64,000 nucleotides of DNA, taken from Coriobacteriia bacterium. Lineage in GTDB: Bacteria; Actinomycetota; Coriobacteriia; Anaerosomatales; PHET01. Of the stretch, positions 55,230 through 64,000 are shown in pieces. The notes under the pieces were generated by a model. It ran no database searches. It worked only from the letters and a program-made list of their open reading frames with translations, and was not told the origin of the DNA. The stretch covers positions 11,733 to 75,732 of the forward strand of contig DASRYH010000019.1 in NCBI GenBank assembly GCA_035687245.1, read 5' to 3'. The translations under genes were made by a program, and so were the position numbers. How positions within the stretch are numbered: position 1 is the first letter of the stretch; the number at the start of each line of letters is the position of its first letter.

Positions 55230-56597
55230 ATGCCATCTGACAAGACACGATTCGGACTCGACGAGACTAGGATCCCCGAGGCCTGGTACAACGTCGTGCC
55301 GGACCTCAAGAACCCGCCGGCGCCGCCCAAGGCGTTTGCGCCCGACGGCACCGAACTCGGCATGGATCAGATCGGTGAGAGGCTCGCGTCGCTCTTCCCC
55401 ATGGAGGTGCTGAAGCAGGAGATGTCGGCCGACCGCTGGATCGACATTCCCGGCGCTGTCATCGACGTCTACAAGACCTACCGTCCCTCGCCGCTGCTTC
55501 GCGCGCGCCAGCTTGAGAAGGACCTCAACCTGCCCGCAGGCGTGAAGATCTTCTACAAGTACGAGGGCGTCAGCCCCGCGGGCTCGCACAAGCCCAACAC
55601 TGCGATCCCGCAGGCCTACTACAACAAGGCCGAGGGCATCACCAAGATCTCGACCGAGACCGGCGCCGGCCAGTGGGGTAGCGCCATGTCCATCGCCGGT
55701 GCGCTCTACGGCATCGACGTCGAGGTCTTCATGGTCGGCGTCTCCTACGACCAGAAGCCGTACCGCCGCATCCTCATGGAGACCTACGGCGGCACCGTGC
55801 ACAAGTCGCCGAGCAACCTCACCGAGGCTGGCCGCCACGTGCTCTCAATGGACCCCGACTCGACCGGTTCGCTGGGTATCGCGATCTCCGAGGCTTGCGA
55901 GGTCGCACTGAAGGATCCGGGCACGCACTACGCGCTGGGATCGGTGCTCAACCACGTGTGTCTGCACCAGACGATCATCGGCCTCGAGGCTATCGAGCAG
56001 ATGCAGCTTGCCGAAGAAGAGCCCGATGTCGTCATCGCATGCGTGGGCGGCGGCTCGAACTTCGCCGGCCTCGCGTTCCCGTACTACCACCGCAAGCTCG
56101 AGGGCAAGAGCAACGCGCGCCTGCTCGCGGTCGAGCCGAAGGCGTGCCCGACACTCACCGCTGGCGAATACAAGTACGACCTGGGCGACGAAGCGGGCAT
56201 GACGCCGCAGATGCTCATGTACACGCTCGGCCACGACTTCGTCCCGGCGGGCATCCACGCAGGCGGTCTGCGCTACCACGGCGACTCTCCACTGGTCTCG
56301 CAGCTGGTTCACGAGGGCGAGGCCGACGCGGTCGCGGTCGATCAGACCAAGTGCTTCGAGGCGGCCGTGCAGTTCGCCCGCGCCGAAGGCATCCTTCCCG
56401 CACCGGAGTCCAGCCACGCGATCCGCGCGGCGATCGACCAGGCGCTCGAGGCTGCCTACGCCGGCCAGGACCGCGTCATCCTGTTCAACCTTTCGGGCCA
56501 CGGCCACTTCGACCTTGCTGCTTACTCGCAGTTCAACGCGGGCGAGCTCAAGGACTTCGACTTTGCCGCTGGCGCTACGCTCTGCGAGAACGAGTAG
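55230..56597 (+). CDS. TrpB2-type tryptophan synthase beta-like PLP enzyme
   Basis: 455 aa with the long N-terminal extension typical of TrpB2 (RIPEAWYNVVPDL...). PLP-lysine motif SPAGSHKPNTAIPQAYY, TETGAGQWGSA, and GGGSNFAGL. Confidence 0.85.
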   Translation: MPSDKTRFGLDETRIPEAWYNVVPDLKNPPAPPKAFAPDGTELGMDQIGERLASLFPMEVLKQEMSADRWIDIPGAVIDVYKTYRPSPLLRARQLEKDLNLPAGVKIFYKYEGVSPAGSHKPNTAIPQAYYNKAEGITKISTETGAGQWGSAMSIAGALYGIDVEVFMVGVSYDQKPYRRILMETYGGTVHKSPSNLTEAGRHVLSMDPDSTGSLGIAISEACEVALKDPGTHYALGSVLNHVCLHQTIIGLEAIEQMQLAEEEPDVVIACVGGGSNFAGLAFPYYHRKLEGKSNARLLAVEPKACPTLTAGEYKYDLGDEAGMTPQMLMYTLGHDFVPAGIHAGGLRYHGDSPLVSQLVHEGEADAVAVDQTKCFEAAVQFARAEGILPAPESSHAIRAAIDQALEAAYAGQDRVILFNLSGHGHFDLAAYSQFNAGELKDFDFAAGATLCENE

Positions 56598-56601
56598 CAC
56601 G

Positions 56602-57240
56602 ATGTCTTCCCACCGGACACGCATTAAGATCTGCGGCATTACGCGGGTTGAGGACGCGGTAGCGGCCATCGAAGAAGGGGCCGACGCGCTCGGCTTCGTC
56701 TTCGCCCCGTCGCCGCGCCACGTGACGGTGGAGCTGGCGGCGGCGGTGGCGCGCGAGGTGCCACCGCCCGTCGCCCGCATCGGCGTATTTGTGGATGCGA
56801 GCCAGGACGAGGTCGCCGAAGCGGTCCGCGCCTGCCACCTTTCGGCAGTCCAGTTCTGCGGCAACGAGACGCCCGCTCAGTGCAGCGCGGCGCCGATACC
56901 GGTCATCAAGACGCTTTCGGTGCGCAGCGGCTTCGACTGGCAGTTCGCGACGCGCTACAAAGACCACATCTCAGCGCTGCTGCTCGACACCTACAAGCCG
57001 GGCATCGCGGGCGGGACGGGGGAGTCGTTCGACTGGACGTCGGCCACCGATCGTCCCAGCTGGGTGAGGCTGTTTGCCGCCGGCGGGCTGACGCCGGAGA
57101 ACGTCGCCGATGCGGTGCGCGTGATGCGACCGTTTGCGGTGGACGTCTCCTCAGGCGTCGAGTCGGCGCCTGGCATCAAAGATCACGAGAAGATTCGAGC
57201 GTTCGTGGCGGCCGTACGAGCCGCCGACGAGGAGGACTAG
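56602..57240 (+). CDS. trpF: phosphoribosylanthranilate isomerase
   Basis: ORF 56515..57240 trimmed to the ATG at 56602. RIKICGITRVEDA, ADALGFVF, LLDTYKPGIAGGTGESFDW, VDVSSGVE. Confidence 0.9.
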   Translation: MSSHRTRIKICGITRVEDAVAAIEEGADALGFVFAPSPRHVTVELAAAVAREVPPPVARIGVFVDASQDEVAEAVRACHLSAVQFCGNETPAQCSAAPIPVIKTLSVRSGFDWQFATRYKDHISALLLDTYKPGIAGGTGESFDWTSATDRPSWVRLFAAGGLTPENVADAVRVMRPFAVDVSSGVESAPGIKDHEKIRAFVAAVRAADEED

Positions 57241-57246
57241 AAGCAC

Positions 57247-58482
57247 ATGAGCGAGCTGTTCCCGAGAGCGGATGACGTCTACGAAGGCCCCGACGCCGAA
57301 GGCTTCTTCGGCGCCTACGGTGGGCGTTTCGTGCCTGAGACGGTCATGCCGGCGCTCCTTGAGCTCACCGCCGCCTACGAAGTGGCGCGGCAGGACGTCG
57401 CGTTCCAGCAGGACCTCCAGAACCTCTACGCGGACTACGTAGGTCGTCCCACGCCGCTCTACTCGGCCGAGCGACTTGCCGAAGCGGTGGGGCTGGGAAC
57501 CGTGCTGCTCAAGCGTGAGGACCTCTGCCACACGGGCGCGCACAAGATCAACAACACGCTGGGCCAGTGCCTGCTCGCCAAACGCATGGGCAAGAAGCGC
57601 GTGATCGCTGAGACCGGCGCAGGCCAGCACGGCGTCGCCACGGCCACAACGGCCGCGCTGATGGGGCTCGAGTGCGCGGTGTTCATGGGCGTCGAGGACA
57701 TCCGTCGCCAGTCGCTCAACGTCTACAAGATGCGCCTGCTGGGCGCCGAAGTGATCCCGGTCTCCGAGGGCAGCGGCACGCTCGCCGACGCAGTCACCGC
57801 CGCGCTTCGGCACTGGGTCGAGCGGGTGGATGACACTTTCTACGTGCTCGGCTCTGCGGTGGGCCCGCACCCGTACCCGCTGATGGTGCGCGACTTCCAG
57901 TCGATCATCGGCACCGAGACGATCGAGCAGCTGCGCGCCAAAGGCATCACCGGCGTGGACGCGGTCGTGGCGTGCGTGGGCGGCGGAAGCAACGCCATCG
58001 GCACCTTCTACCCGTTCGTGCTCGCCGGCGACGAGTTCGGCGACACGCTGCTCGTAGGCGCGGAGGCCGCCGGCAAGGGTATCGACACCGACCAAACCGG
58101 GGCATCGATGACGCTCGGCTCGCCCGGCGTCATGCACGGCTTCTACAGCTACCTGCTTCAGGACGATGCGGGCAACCCGCTTGAGGCTTACAGCATCTCG
58201 GCAGGTCTCGACTACCCGGGCGTCGGGCCCGAGCACGCGTACTTCAAGGACGAGGGGTTCGTGAACTACCTGCCTGTCACCGACGACGAGGCCGTGGCCG
58301 CGTTCGAGCAGCTCACGAAGTGCGAGGGCATCATCCCCGCCATCGAGTCGTCGCACGCACTGGCGCTGCTCTCGCGCCTCGCCGAAGACCTCGGCCCCGC
58401 AGCTACCGTCGTGGTCACGCTCTCGGGGCGCGGCGACAAGGACATCGACATCGTTCGGGAGGCCGGTCTTGGCGTCGACTAG
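57247..58482 (+). CDS. trpB: tryptophan synthase beta chain (canonical TrpB1)
   Basis: [52 protein letters not shown]. Confidence 0.95.
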   Translation: MSELFPRADDVYEGPDAEGFFGAYGGRFVPETVMPALLELTAAYEVARQDVAFQQDLQNLYADYVGRPTPLYSAERLAEAVGLGTVLLKREDLCHTGAHKINNTLGQCLLAKRMGKKRVIAETGAGQHGVATATTAALMGLECAVFMGVEDIRRQSLNVYKMRLLGAEVIPVSEGSGTLADAVTAALRHWVERVDDTFYVLGSAVGPHPYPLMVRDFQSIIGTETIEQLRAKGITGVDAVVACVGGGSNAIGTFYPFVLAGDEFGDTLLVGAEAAGKGIDTDQTGASMTLGSPGVMHGFYSYLLQDDAGNPLEAYSISAGLDYPGVGPEHAYFKDEGFVNYLPVTDDEAVAAFEQLTKCEGIIPAIESSHALALLSRLAEDLGPAATVVVTLSGRGDKDIDIVREAGLGVD

Positions 58483-59263
58483 AGGGCTTGGTCGGGCTTT
58501 CGGCAAGGGGCGGCCCTCGCTCGTGGCCTACGTGATGGCGGGCTACCCGACGCGCGAGACGTCGCTGGCTGCGCTCCATGCGCTTGCCGACGGCGGTGCC
58601 GACCTCATAGAGCTCGGCGTGCCCTATAGCGACCCGCTCGCCGACGGCCCCACGATCGTGGCGGCCGCCGAGGCTGCGCGCGCCAACAACGAGGGCGGCT
58701 TCGGACTCGCCGAAACGATCACTCTCGCAGCTGAGTTCATCGCCGCAGCGGGGGAGGGCGCACCGCCGGTCGCGCTCATGACCTACCTGAACCCGCTCAT
58801 GCGATTTGGCCTGCCGAAGGTTGCCGCCGCGTTGCGCGAAGCGGGAGTCGGCGGCGTCATCGTTCCCGACCTGCCGCCCGACATGGCCAAGCCGTGGCTC
58901 GCCGCGGCGGGCGACATCGACACGGTCTTTCTGGCGGCGCCCACATCCACATCCGAGCGCCTCGCGAAGGTCGGCTCGCTCGCGAGCGGCTTCGTCTACT
59001 GCGTCTCGACCACCGGCGTGACCGGCGAGCGCAGCGAGCTGCCCGCGGAGCTCTCCGAGCTTGTTGAGCGCGTGAAGGCCGCCACGGAGCTGCCGGTGGC
59101 CGTCGGCTTCGGCATCTCGACGCCCGAGCAGGCCGCGCTTGTCGCGCACCACGCTGACGGCGTCGTGGTCGGCTCGGCGCTTGTGAAGCGCCAGGAGGAT
59201 GCGCGCGTGCTAGCGGCCTACGTCGCCGAGCTCGCAGCTGCCGTACACGGCGCCGCAAGCTAG
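58469..59263 (+). CDS. trpA: tryptophan synthase alpha chain
   Basis: TTG start overlapping the trpB 3' end. [40 protein letters not shown]. Confidence 0.9.
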   Translation: MASTRGLGRAFGKGRPSLVAYVMAGYPTRETSLAALHALADGGADLIELGVPYSDPLADGPTIVAAAEAARANNEGGFGLAETITLAAEFIAAAGEGAPPVALMTYLNPLMRFGLPKVAAALREAGVGGVIVPDLPPDMAKPWLAAAGDIDTVFLAAPTSTSERLAKVGSLASGFVYCVSTTGVTGERSELPAELSELVERVKAATELPVAVGFGISTPEQAALVAHHADGVVVGSALVKRQEDARVLAAYVAELAAAVHGAAS

Positions 59264-59381
59264 GCCGCTTCGGCAGTCTGCCGCGCCGCCGCGCCGCAGC
59301 GCCCCAACGACAAAGAGCCCGCCGCCGCGATTTCGGTCGCGACGACGGGCGAGTAGTCGATCTGAAGGGTCCGTGCGGGTG

Positions 59382-59879
59382 CTAGCCCGTGATGCCGGGG
59401 CGGCGCAGAACCTTGGCGTTGTGCTTGAGCTGGCGGACGCGCTTGTGCGCGTGGCCACCCCAGGAGGGCTCTTCGTATGCGTAGAACGTCTTCTTGGACT
59501 TGTTCTTCCAGCCGGCGAAGATGACGGCGTGTCCGGGGACCACTACCGCGTCGCCAGGCTTGGCGTCTTTCGGCTTGATGCGCTTGCCCACGCGGGGCAG
59601 GCTGCGGGAGGTGTGCGACTTTCCGAGCTTCCATGCCATTGAGACGAAGCCGGAACAGTCCTGTCGGTAGCCCCTGTAGTAGCGGCGCTGGCTGTACGGG
59701 ACGCGCTTCTGGACCCAAACCTTCGAGCGCGAGATGACGGTATCGCGGTGGATGGTCTTAGCGCGGGTAGCGGCTGCTGCCGAAGATGGCGCGGCCAGGG
59801 AGAGCATCGCGCAGAGCGCGACTGCGAACAGGCCAAGGATGCCTGCCCGAACCGGGATTACAGCTCTGATTACCTTCAC
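59382..59879 (-). CDS. secreted NlpC/P60 (C40) family peptidoglycan hydrolase-like protein
   Basis: ORF 59382..60086 trimmed to the GTG at 59879 (GAAAGG RBS). Signal peptide VKVIRAVIPVRAGILGLFAVALCAMLSLAAPSSAAA. Catalytic-type QDCSGFVSMAW ... PGHAVIFAGW. Confidence 0.75.
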   Translation of the reverse strand: MKVIRAVIPVRAGILGLFAVALCAMLSLAAPSSAAAATRAKTIHRDTVISRSKVWVQKRVPYSQRRYYRGYRQDCSGFVSMAWKLGKSHTSRSLPRVGKRIKPKDAKPGDAVVVPGHAVIFAGWKNKSKKTFYAYEEPSWGGHAHKRVRQLKHNAKVLRRPGITG

Positions 59880-60113
59880 ACGGTACCTTTCTGTGGACAA
59901 CAGTGCGCCAAAGGGCCATCTCCGGTCTTCTGCGACCAGCCGGTGCCTTCGGCACGCTCCTCCGCGTAGAACAGTCAGTTTTCGGCATCGGTTGCGGGGA
60001 GCCGAGTCCAAAAAGAGCGAACGCGATGCCATTTGGGTTGACAGCGGGTCAGGCAGCGGTGCTCGGGTAGACTGAATCGAGAGCATCTCCAGCCGTTAGA
60101 AAGGTGCGTCCAC

Positions 60114-61724
60114 GTGCGCATCGCGCTAGGCCAGATCAACACCACAGTCGGCGACATCCGGGGCAACCTGATGAAGGCGCTCGATGTCGTAGGAGCCGCC
60201 ACCGCGCTCGACGCGGGTATCACGCTGCTGCCCGAGCTCGCACTCACCGGCTACCCGCCTGAGGACCTGCTCGCCAAGGATCACTTCGTCGAAGACAACC
60301 TCGACGCGCTCGAGCAGCTCGCGGGCGCATGCGGCAGCGCCGTGATCGTCGGCTTCGTGAACAGGGTCGACGACCAGCTCTTCAACGCCGCGGCCCTGCT
60401 GGGCAACCACCGGGTGCTGCGCATCTACCACAAGCGCAACCTGCCCAACTACGGTGTCTTCGACGAGCGACGCTACTTCACCCCGGGCGAGGGCGTCGAT
60501 CTGATGGAGCTAGGCGGCAATCTCATGTCGACGACCATCTGCGAGGACATCTGGGTACCTGGCCCTGCCGAAGAGGCTGCGGCCGAAGGCGCTCAGCTGC
60601 TCTTCAACGTCTCGGCCTCACCGTTCCACACGGGCAAGGGCGCTGAGCGCGAGGCGATGCTTGCCGAACGCGCGCGCAGCAACAAGATGTGGCTTGCGTA
60701 CTGCAACCTCGTGGGCGGCCAAGACGAGCTCGTCTTCGACGGCCGCAGCTGCATCATCTCGCCCGAGGGGACCGTGATCGCGCGCGGAGCCGCCTTCGAA
60801 GAAGACCTCGTGGTCGCCGACGTCACGCTCGGTGCACGCCTCGGCGCGCCCGCTTCCGACATCAAGCCGATGCTCGAAGGCCCCGAAGAGGTCTACCGCG
60901 CGCTCTCGCTGGGCCTACATGACTACGTGACCAAGAACGGCTTCAGCGACGTCGTGTTGGGGCTTTCCGGCGGAGTCGATTCGGCGCTCACTGCTACGCT
61001 TGCGGCCGACGCGCTGGGCGCCGAGCACGTGCACGGCGTCATGATGCCGAGCCGCTTCTCGTCGGAGGGCAGTGTGGCCGACTCCGAGCTGCTCGCCGAT
61101 GCCCTTGGCATCGACGCGCGCACCATCGGGATCGAAGGCCCTCACCAGGCGTTTCTCGACTCGCTCGCACCCAGTTTCGAGGGACGCGAGCCCGATGTCG
61201 CCGAAGAGAACGTGCAGGCACGCGTGCGCGGCACGCTGCTGATGGGGCTCTCCAACAAGTTCAACTGGCTCACGCTCGCCACAGGTAACAAGAGCGAGCT
61301 GTCGGTGGGCTACTCGACGCTCTACGGCGACATGGTAGGTGGCTTCGCGCCCATCAAGGATGTCTTCAAGACGCGAGTCTACGAGCTCTGCGAGTGGCGC
61401 AACCGGCAGGGCGAGGTGCCGGTAATTCCTGAAGCGATTCTCACCAAGGCCCCTTCGGCAGAACTGAGGCCCGACCAGGTCGACCAGGACTCGCTGCCGC
61501 CTTACCCGGTGCTCGACGCGATTCTCACGCACTATGTCGAGAAAGACGACAGCCGTGACGCGATCGTGGCGATGGGCTTTCCGGCCGCAATCGTGGACAA
61601 GGTCCTGCGCCTCACCGATATTGCCGAATACAAGCGTCGGCAGGGGCCGCTTGGCGTCAAGATCACTGCCAAGGCGTTCGGACGAGATCGCCGAATGCCC
61701 GTGACCAACCTCTACAGGGGCTAA
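60114..61724 (+). CDS. nadE: glutamine-dependent NAD+ synthetase
   Basis: GTG start. N-terminal nitrilase-like CN-hydrolase domain (RIALGQINTTVGD, ICEDIW). C-terminal synthetase domain with LGLSGGVDSAL. Confidence 0.9.
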   Translation: MRIALGQINTTVGDIRGNLMKALDVVGAATALDAGITLLPELALTGYPPEDLLAKDHFVEDNLDALEQLAGACGSAVIVGFVNRVDDQLFNAAALLGNHRVLRIYHKRNLPNYGVFDERRYFTPGEGVDLMELGGNLMSTTICEDIWVPGPAEEAAAEGAQLLFNVSASPFHTGKGAEREAMLAERARSNKMWLAYCNLVGGQDELVFDGRSCIISPEGTVIARGAAFEEDLVVADVTLGARLGAPASDIKPMLEGPEEVYRALSLGLHDYVTKNGFSDVVLGLSGGVDSALTATLAADALGAEHVHGVMMPSRFSSEGSVADSELLADALGIDARTIGIEGPHQAFLDSLAPSFEGREPDVAEENVQARVRGTLLMGLSNKFNWLTLATGNKSELSVGYSTLYGDMVGGFAPIKDVFKTRVYELCEWRNRQGEVPVIPEAILTKAPSAELRPDQVDQDSLPPYPVLDAILTHYVEKDDSRDAIVAMGFPAAIVDKVLRLTDIAEYKRRQGPLGVKITAKAFGRDRRMPVTNLYRG

Positions 61725-61727
61725 CAG

Positions 61728-62180
61728 ATGCGTGAAGACTGCATGATCGACTTCGTCGATGAAGGCTGGATGCACTACCCGAAGGTCGAGCAGCTCATCT
61801 ACGACGTGCTCTACCGCGACTTCGGCGTTGCGCCCGACGGCGAGTGGCGCCAGCCGTGCAGCGCAGGCGAGATGGTGGCCGCGCAGTGCAACATGCAGCT
61901 CGTGGGCACCGCGATGCTCGTTGGGCCCCGCGGTGCCGAGCGCCTGCAGCTTCGGCAGCTCGCGGTGTTGCCTGAGTACCGTGGCGCCGGCATCGGGCGT
62001 GCGCTCATCGAGGAGCTCGAGGCTTCGGCCAGAGGGCAAGGCACCGTCGAGATCTGGCTCAACGCGCGTGAGGTGGCCTTCGGCTTCTACGAGGCGCTCG
62101 GCTACGAGTACACCGGCGACATGTTCGTGAGCGAGCTGACTCAGATCCCGCACCGGCCGATGCGCAAGCTGCTCCGTTAG
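61728..62180 (+). CDS. GNAT-family N-acetyltransferase
   Basis: LRQLAVLPEYRGAGIGRALIEELE (acetyl-CoA motif A). An alternative start is at 61743. Confidence 0.75.
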   Translation: MREDCMIDFVDEGWMHYPKVEQLIYDVLYRDFGVAPDGEWRQPCSAGEMVAAQCNMQLVGTAMLVGPRGAERLQLRQLAVLPEYRGAGIGRALIEELEASARGQGTVEIWLNAREVAFGFYEALGYEYTGDMFVSELTQIPHRPMRKLLR

Positions 62181-62234
62181 CACCCGTGCGGTATGGCACT
62201 GGGCTAGCCGTTCGCGTACCCTAACTGTGCCAAA

Positions 62235-62258
62235 CTCCGGCGCGCCGGAGGGTGTTTT
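62235..62258 (+). terminator. intrinsic terminator after the GNAT gene
   Basis: The palindrome ctccgg-cgcg-ccggag (62235-62250) is followed by ggtgtttt. Confidence 0.55.
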
Positions 62259-62314
62259 AGCGCGCCGAGCGTTGCATGTTCGAGCGTTACTGCCCATACG
62301 AGAGGGGATACGCC

Positions 62315-63253
62315 ATGCCGAGCATCACCCGCGACCAGGTTCGTGTACCGGTCGACGTCCCGGCTGATATGCGGGAGACCTACATCGACAACTACATGAA
62401 GGCCACCCGTGGTACCGGTCGCCTCATGCTGTTCGCCTGTGACCAGAAGATCGAGCACTTGAACGACGACTTCTTCGGCGAGGGCATCTCGGCCGACGAT
62501 GCGGATCCGGAGCACATGTTCCGCATCGGCTCGCAGGGCATCTGCGGCGTGCTCGCCGGCCAGCGCGGCCTCATCGCGCAGTACGCTGCTGACTATCCCG
62601 AGATCAACTATCTCGTGAAGATCAACAGCAAGACCCACCTGGTCAAGACGAGCCAGGACGATCCCTACAGCCCGCAGCTCTACGACATCCAGACCGCGCT
62701 CGACCTGCGCGAAAACGGCGTCAACGTCGTTGGTCTGGGCTACACGATCTATCTGGGCAGCGAGTACGAGTCGCAGATGATGGCCGAAGCCGGTCAGCTC
62801 ATCGCAGACGCCCACGCAACCGGCCTCGTGGTCGTTTTGTGGATGTACCCGCGCGGCAAGGCCGTTGCCGACGAGAAGAGCGCGCACCTCATCGCAGGTG
62901 CCGCTGGTACGGCCCTGTGCCTGGGTGCCGACTTCGTGAAGGTCAACCCGCCCAAGGGTGACGAGAGCGGTTCTTCGGCAGACAAGCTCAAGGAAGCCGC
63001 GCTGTCCTCGGGCCGCACCGGCCTCGTCTGCGCCGGCGGCTCGACTGTCGACTCGCACACCTTCCTGTCGCAGCTCTACGATCAGATCCACGTTGGCGGT
63101 GCCGTAGGCAACGCCACCGGACGCAACCTGCACCAGCGCTCGCTGGACGAGGCTGTCCGCCTCACCAAGGCGATCTCGGCCATCACGCTGGGTGACTGGA
63201 GCGTTGAGGACGCAGTTGCGGTCTTCAACGGCGAGAAGGACTTCTCGCTCTAA
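62315..63253 (+). CDS. class I fructose-bisphosphate aldolase family protein (DhnA/FbaB-type)
   Basis: ORF 62276..63253 trimmed to the ATG at 62315. Collinear with the FbaB layout as I remember it: LFACDQKIEH, YLVKINSKTHL, GYTIYLGSEYE, VVLWMYPRG, GADFVKVNPPK (Schiff-base Lys region). Confidence 0.75.
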   Translation: MPSITRDQVRVPVDVPADMRETYIDNYMKATRGTGRLMLFACDQKIEHLNDDFFGEGISADDADPEHMFRIGSQGICGVLAGQRGLIAQYAADYPEINYLVKINSKTHLVKTSQDDPYSPQLYDIQTALDLRENGVNVVGLGYTIYLGSEYESQMMAEAGQLIADAHATGLVVVLWMYPRGKAVADEKSAHLIAGAAGTALCLGADFVKVNPPKGDESGSSADKLKEAALSSGRTGLVCAGGSTVDSHTFLSQLYDQIHVGGAVGNATGRNLHQRSLDEAVRLTKAISAITLGDWSVEDAVAVFNGEKDFSL

Positions 63254-63277
63254 GGCTGGCCGCGTAACAGAACAAGG

Positions 63278-63316
63278 AGCGGCACCGTTCGGCAGATGCA
63301 GTCGGGCGGTGCCGCT
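63278..63316 (+). terminator. stem-loop after the aldolase gene (10-bp stem, long loop)
   Basis: agcggcaccg (63278-87) pairs with cggtgccgct (63307-16), with a 19-nt loop. Only a weak T-run follows. Confidence 0.35.
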
Positions 63317-63375
63317 GCCCACTTTCGGGGTACGAGTACGTCGAGAAGTACGACCGCAAGGAGTGCGAGCAACAG

Positions 63376-64000
63376 ATGTCGCTTGCTGACTGGTTTTCCG
63401 CGCGAGAGCGCAGGCGCTACACGCGCGTCGACGGTGAGGTAGCTCCGGCTGCCGCAGCCGTCTCTGCCGACGTGCCCGATGGCGTGTGGGTGAAGTGCGA
63501 TTCCTGCAAGCACACCCTTTACGAGGGCGAACTCGCCGAATCGCTTCGCGTCTGCAAACACTGCGGCCACCACATGGCACTCGACGCTCCTGAGCGCATC
63601 GAGATGCTCATCGACGAGGGCTCGTTCGTGGAGATGGACGAGGGCCTCACCGCGTGCGACCCGCTTGAGTTCGTGGCGGCGAAGTCGTACCTGGAGTCGC
63701 TCTCAGGCGCCAAGGCGAAGTCGGACCTGCCCGAAGCGATCGTCACCGGCCGCGCGAGCATCGACGGTAAACCGGTCGTGATCGGCGCGATGGACTTCCG
63801 CTTCATTGGCGCCTCGATGGGCTCGGTTGTGGGCGAGAAGGTGGCGCGCGCGTTCGAGGCGGCCACCGAGGCCGGCGTGCCCATCGTGCTCGTGACGGCG
63901 TCGGGCGGCGCGCGCATGCAAGAAGGCATGCTCTCGCTCATGCAGATGGCGAAGACCTCGGCTGCGGCCGGGCGTCACGCAGATGCGGGCCTGCCCTACA
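63376..64000 (+). CDS. accD: acetyl-CoA carboxylase carboxyltransferase beta subunit (partial; continues beyond the right edge)
   Basis: Absent from the ORF track (open at the edge). My translation from the ATG at 63376 gives MSLADWFSARERRRY...VWVKCDSCKHTLYEGELAESLRVCKHCGHHM (zinc ribbon) ...AIVTGRASIDGKPVVIGAMDFRFIGASMGSVVGEK...SGGARMQEG. Confidence 0.9.
   Translation, partial: MSLADWFSARERRRYTRVDGEVAPAAAAVSADVPDGVWVKCDSCKHTLYEGELAESLRVCKHCGHHMALDAPERIEMLIDEGSFVEMDEGLTACDPLEFVAAKSYLESLSGAKAKSDLPEAIVTGRASIDGKPVVIGAMDFRFIGASMGSVVGEKVARAFEAATEAGVPIVLVTASGGARMQEGMLSLMQMAKTSAAAGRHADAGLPY

Noticed and set aside
59317-59350. Hairpin between convergent trpA and the NlpC/P60 gene as a bidirectional terminator
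   Set aside because: The stem (gcccgccgccgcga / tcgcgacgacgggc) has two C-A mismatches and no flanking U/A tracts. It is too weak to call.
30895-63580. Long antisense ORFs over core genes (30895..32478, 42492..43715, 43792..45063, 57151..58506, 60915..62297, 62204..63580)
   Set aside because: Same reasoning. They mirror ilvE/cimA, hisD, hisC, trpB, nadE/GNAT and the aldolase, and have junk-like composition.
1-64000. Search for tRNA/rRNA genes, CRISPR repeats, IS elements, integrases, phage or defence-system genes, and large direct or inverted repeats
   Set aside because: None was recognised by eye on either strand. The only repeat-like signal is protein-level paralogy (the GT-C pairs, GT2 pair and AT3 pair), including the 26/27-nt match at 13305 and 15220, which reflects a conserved motif rather than a mobile repeat.

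Overview
High-GC bacterial chromosomal segment. I found no rRNA, tRNA, CRISPR array, transposase or integrase. The left half (1-30.7 kb) is a dense cell-surface glycan locus. It holds three rare-sugar pathways: dTDP-6-deoxyhexose (rmlA/rmlB plus an extra SDR); CDP-3,6-dideoxyhexose (ddhA/B/C) coupled to a reductase and a ThDP-dependent enzyme; and a legionaminic-acid-type nonulosonate set. It also holds two GtrB/ArnC-like GT2 enzymes, one GtrA, two AT3 O-acyltransferases and five large polytopic GT-C-like membrane proteins (two paralog pairs plus one GT87-like). No soluble Leloir glycosyltransferase, Wzx/Wzy, ABC exporter or priming transferase is visible. The right half (30.9-64 kb) is core metabolism: ilvE-cimA, an FAH-family hydrolase, an MFS transporter, a YerC/TrpR-like protein, dnaE, and the operon hisZ-G-D-C-B-H-A-F-(SAM methyltransferase)-I-E. 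It continues with an M48/HtpX-like protein whose HEXXH is replaced, a tiny zinc-ribbon ORF, and a T-box (Trp specifier) leader controlling trpE-trpGD-trpC-trpB2-trpF-trpB-trpA. The last genes are a secreted NlpC/P60 protein, nadE, a GNAT, a DhnA-type class I aldolase and the 5' part of accD. Many long ORFs in the track are antisense or alternate-frame artefacts of high GC, and several real genes start well inside their ORF-track ORFs. The best candidate for something undescribed is the glycan locus logic: rare nucleotide sugars combined with polyprenyl-phosphate/GT-C machinery, including a possible branched-chain 3,6-dideoxyhexose. All functional calls come from motif recognition by eye. No database search was run.
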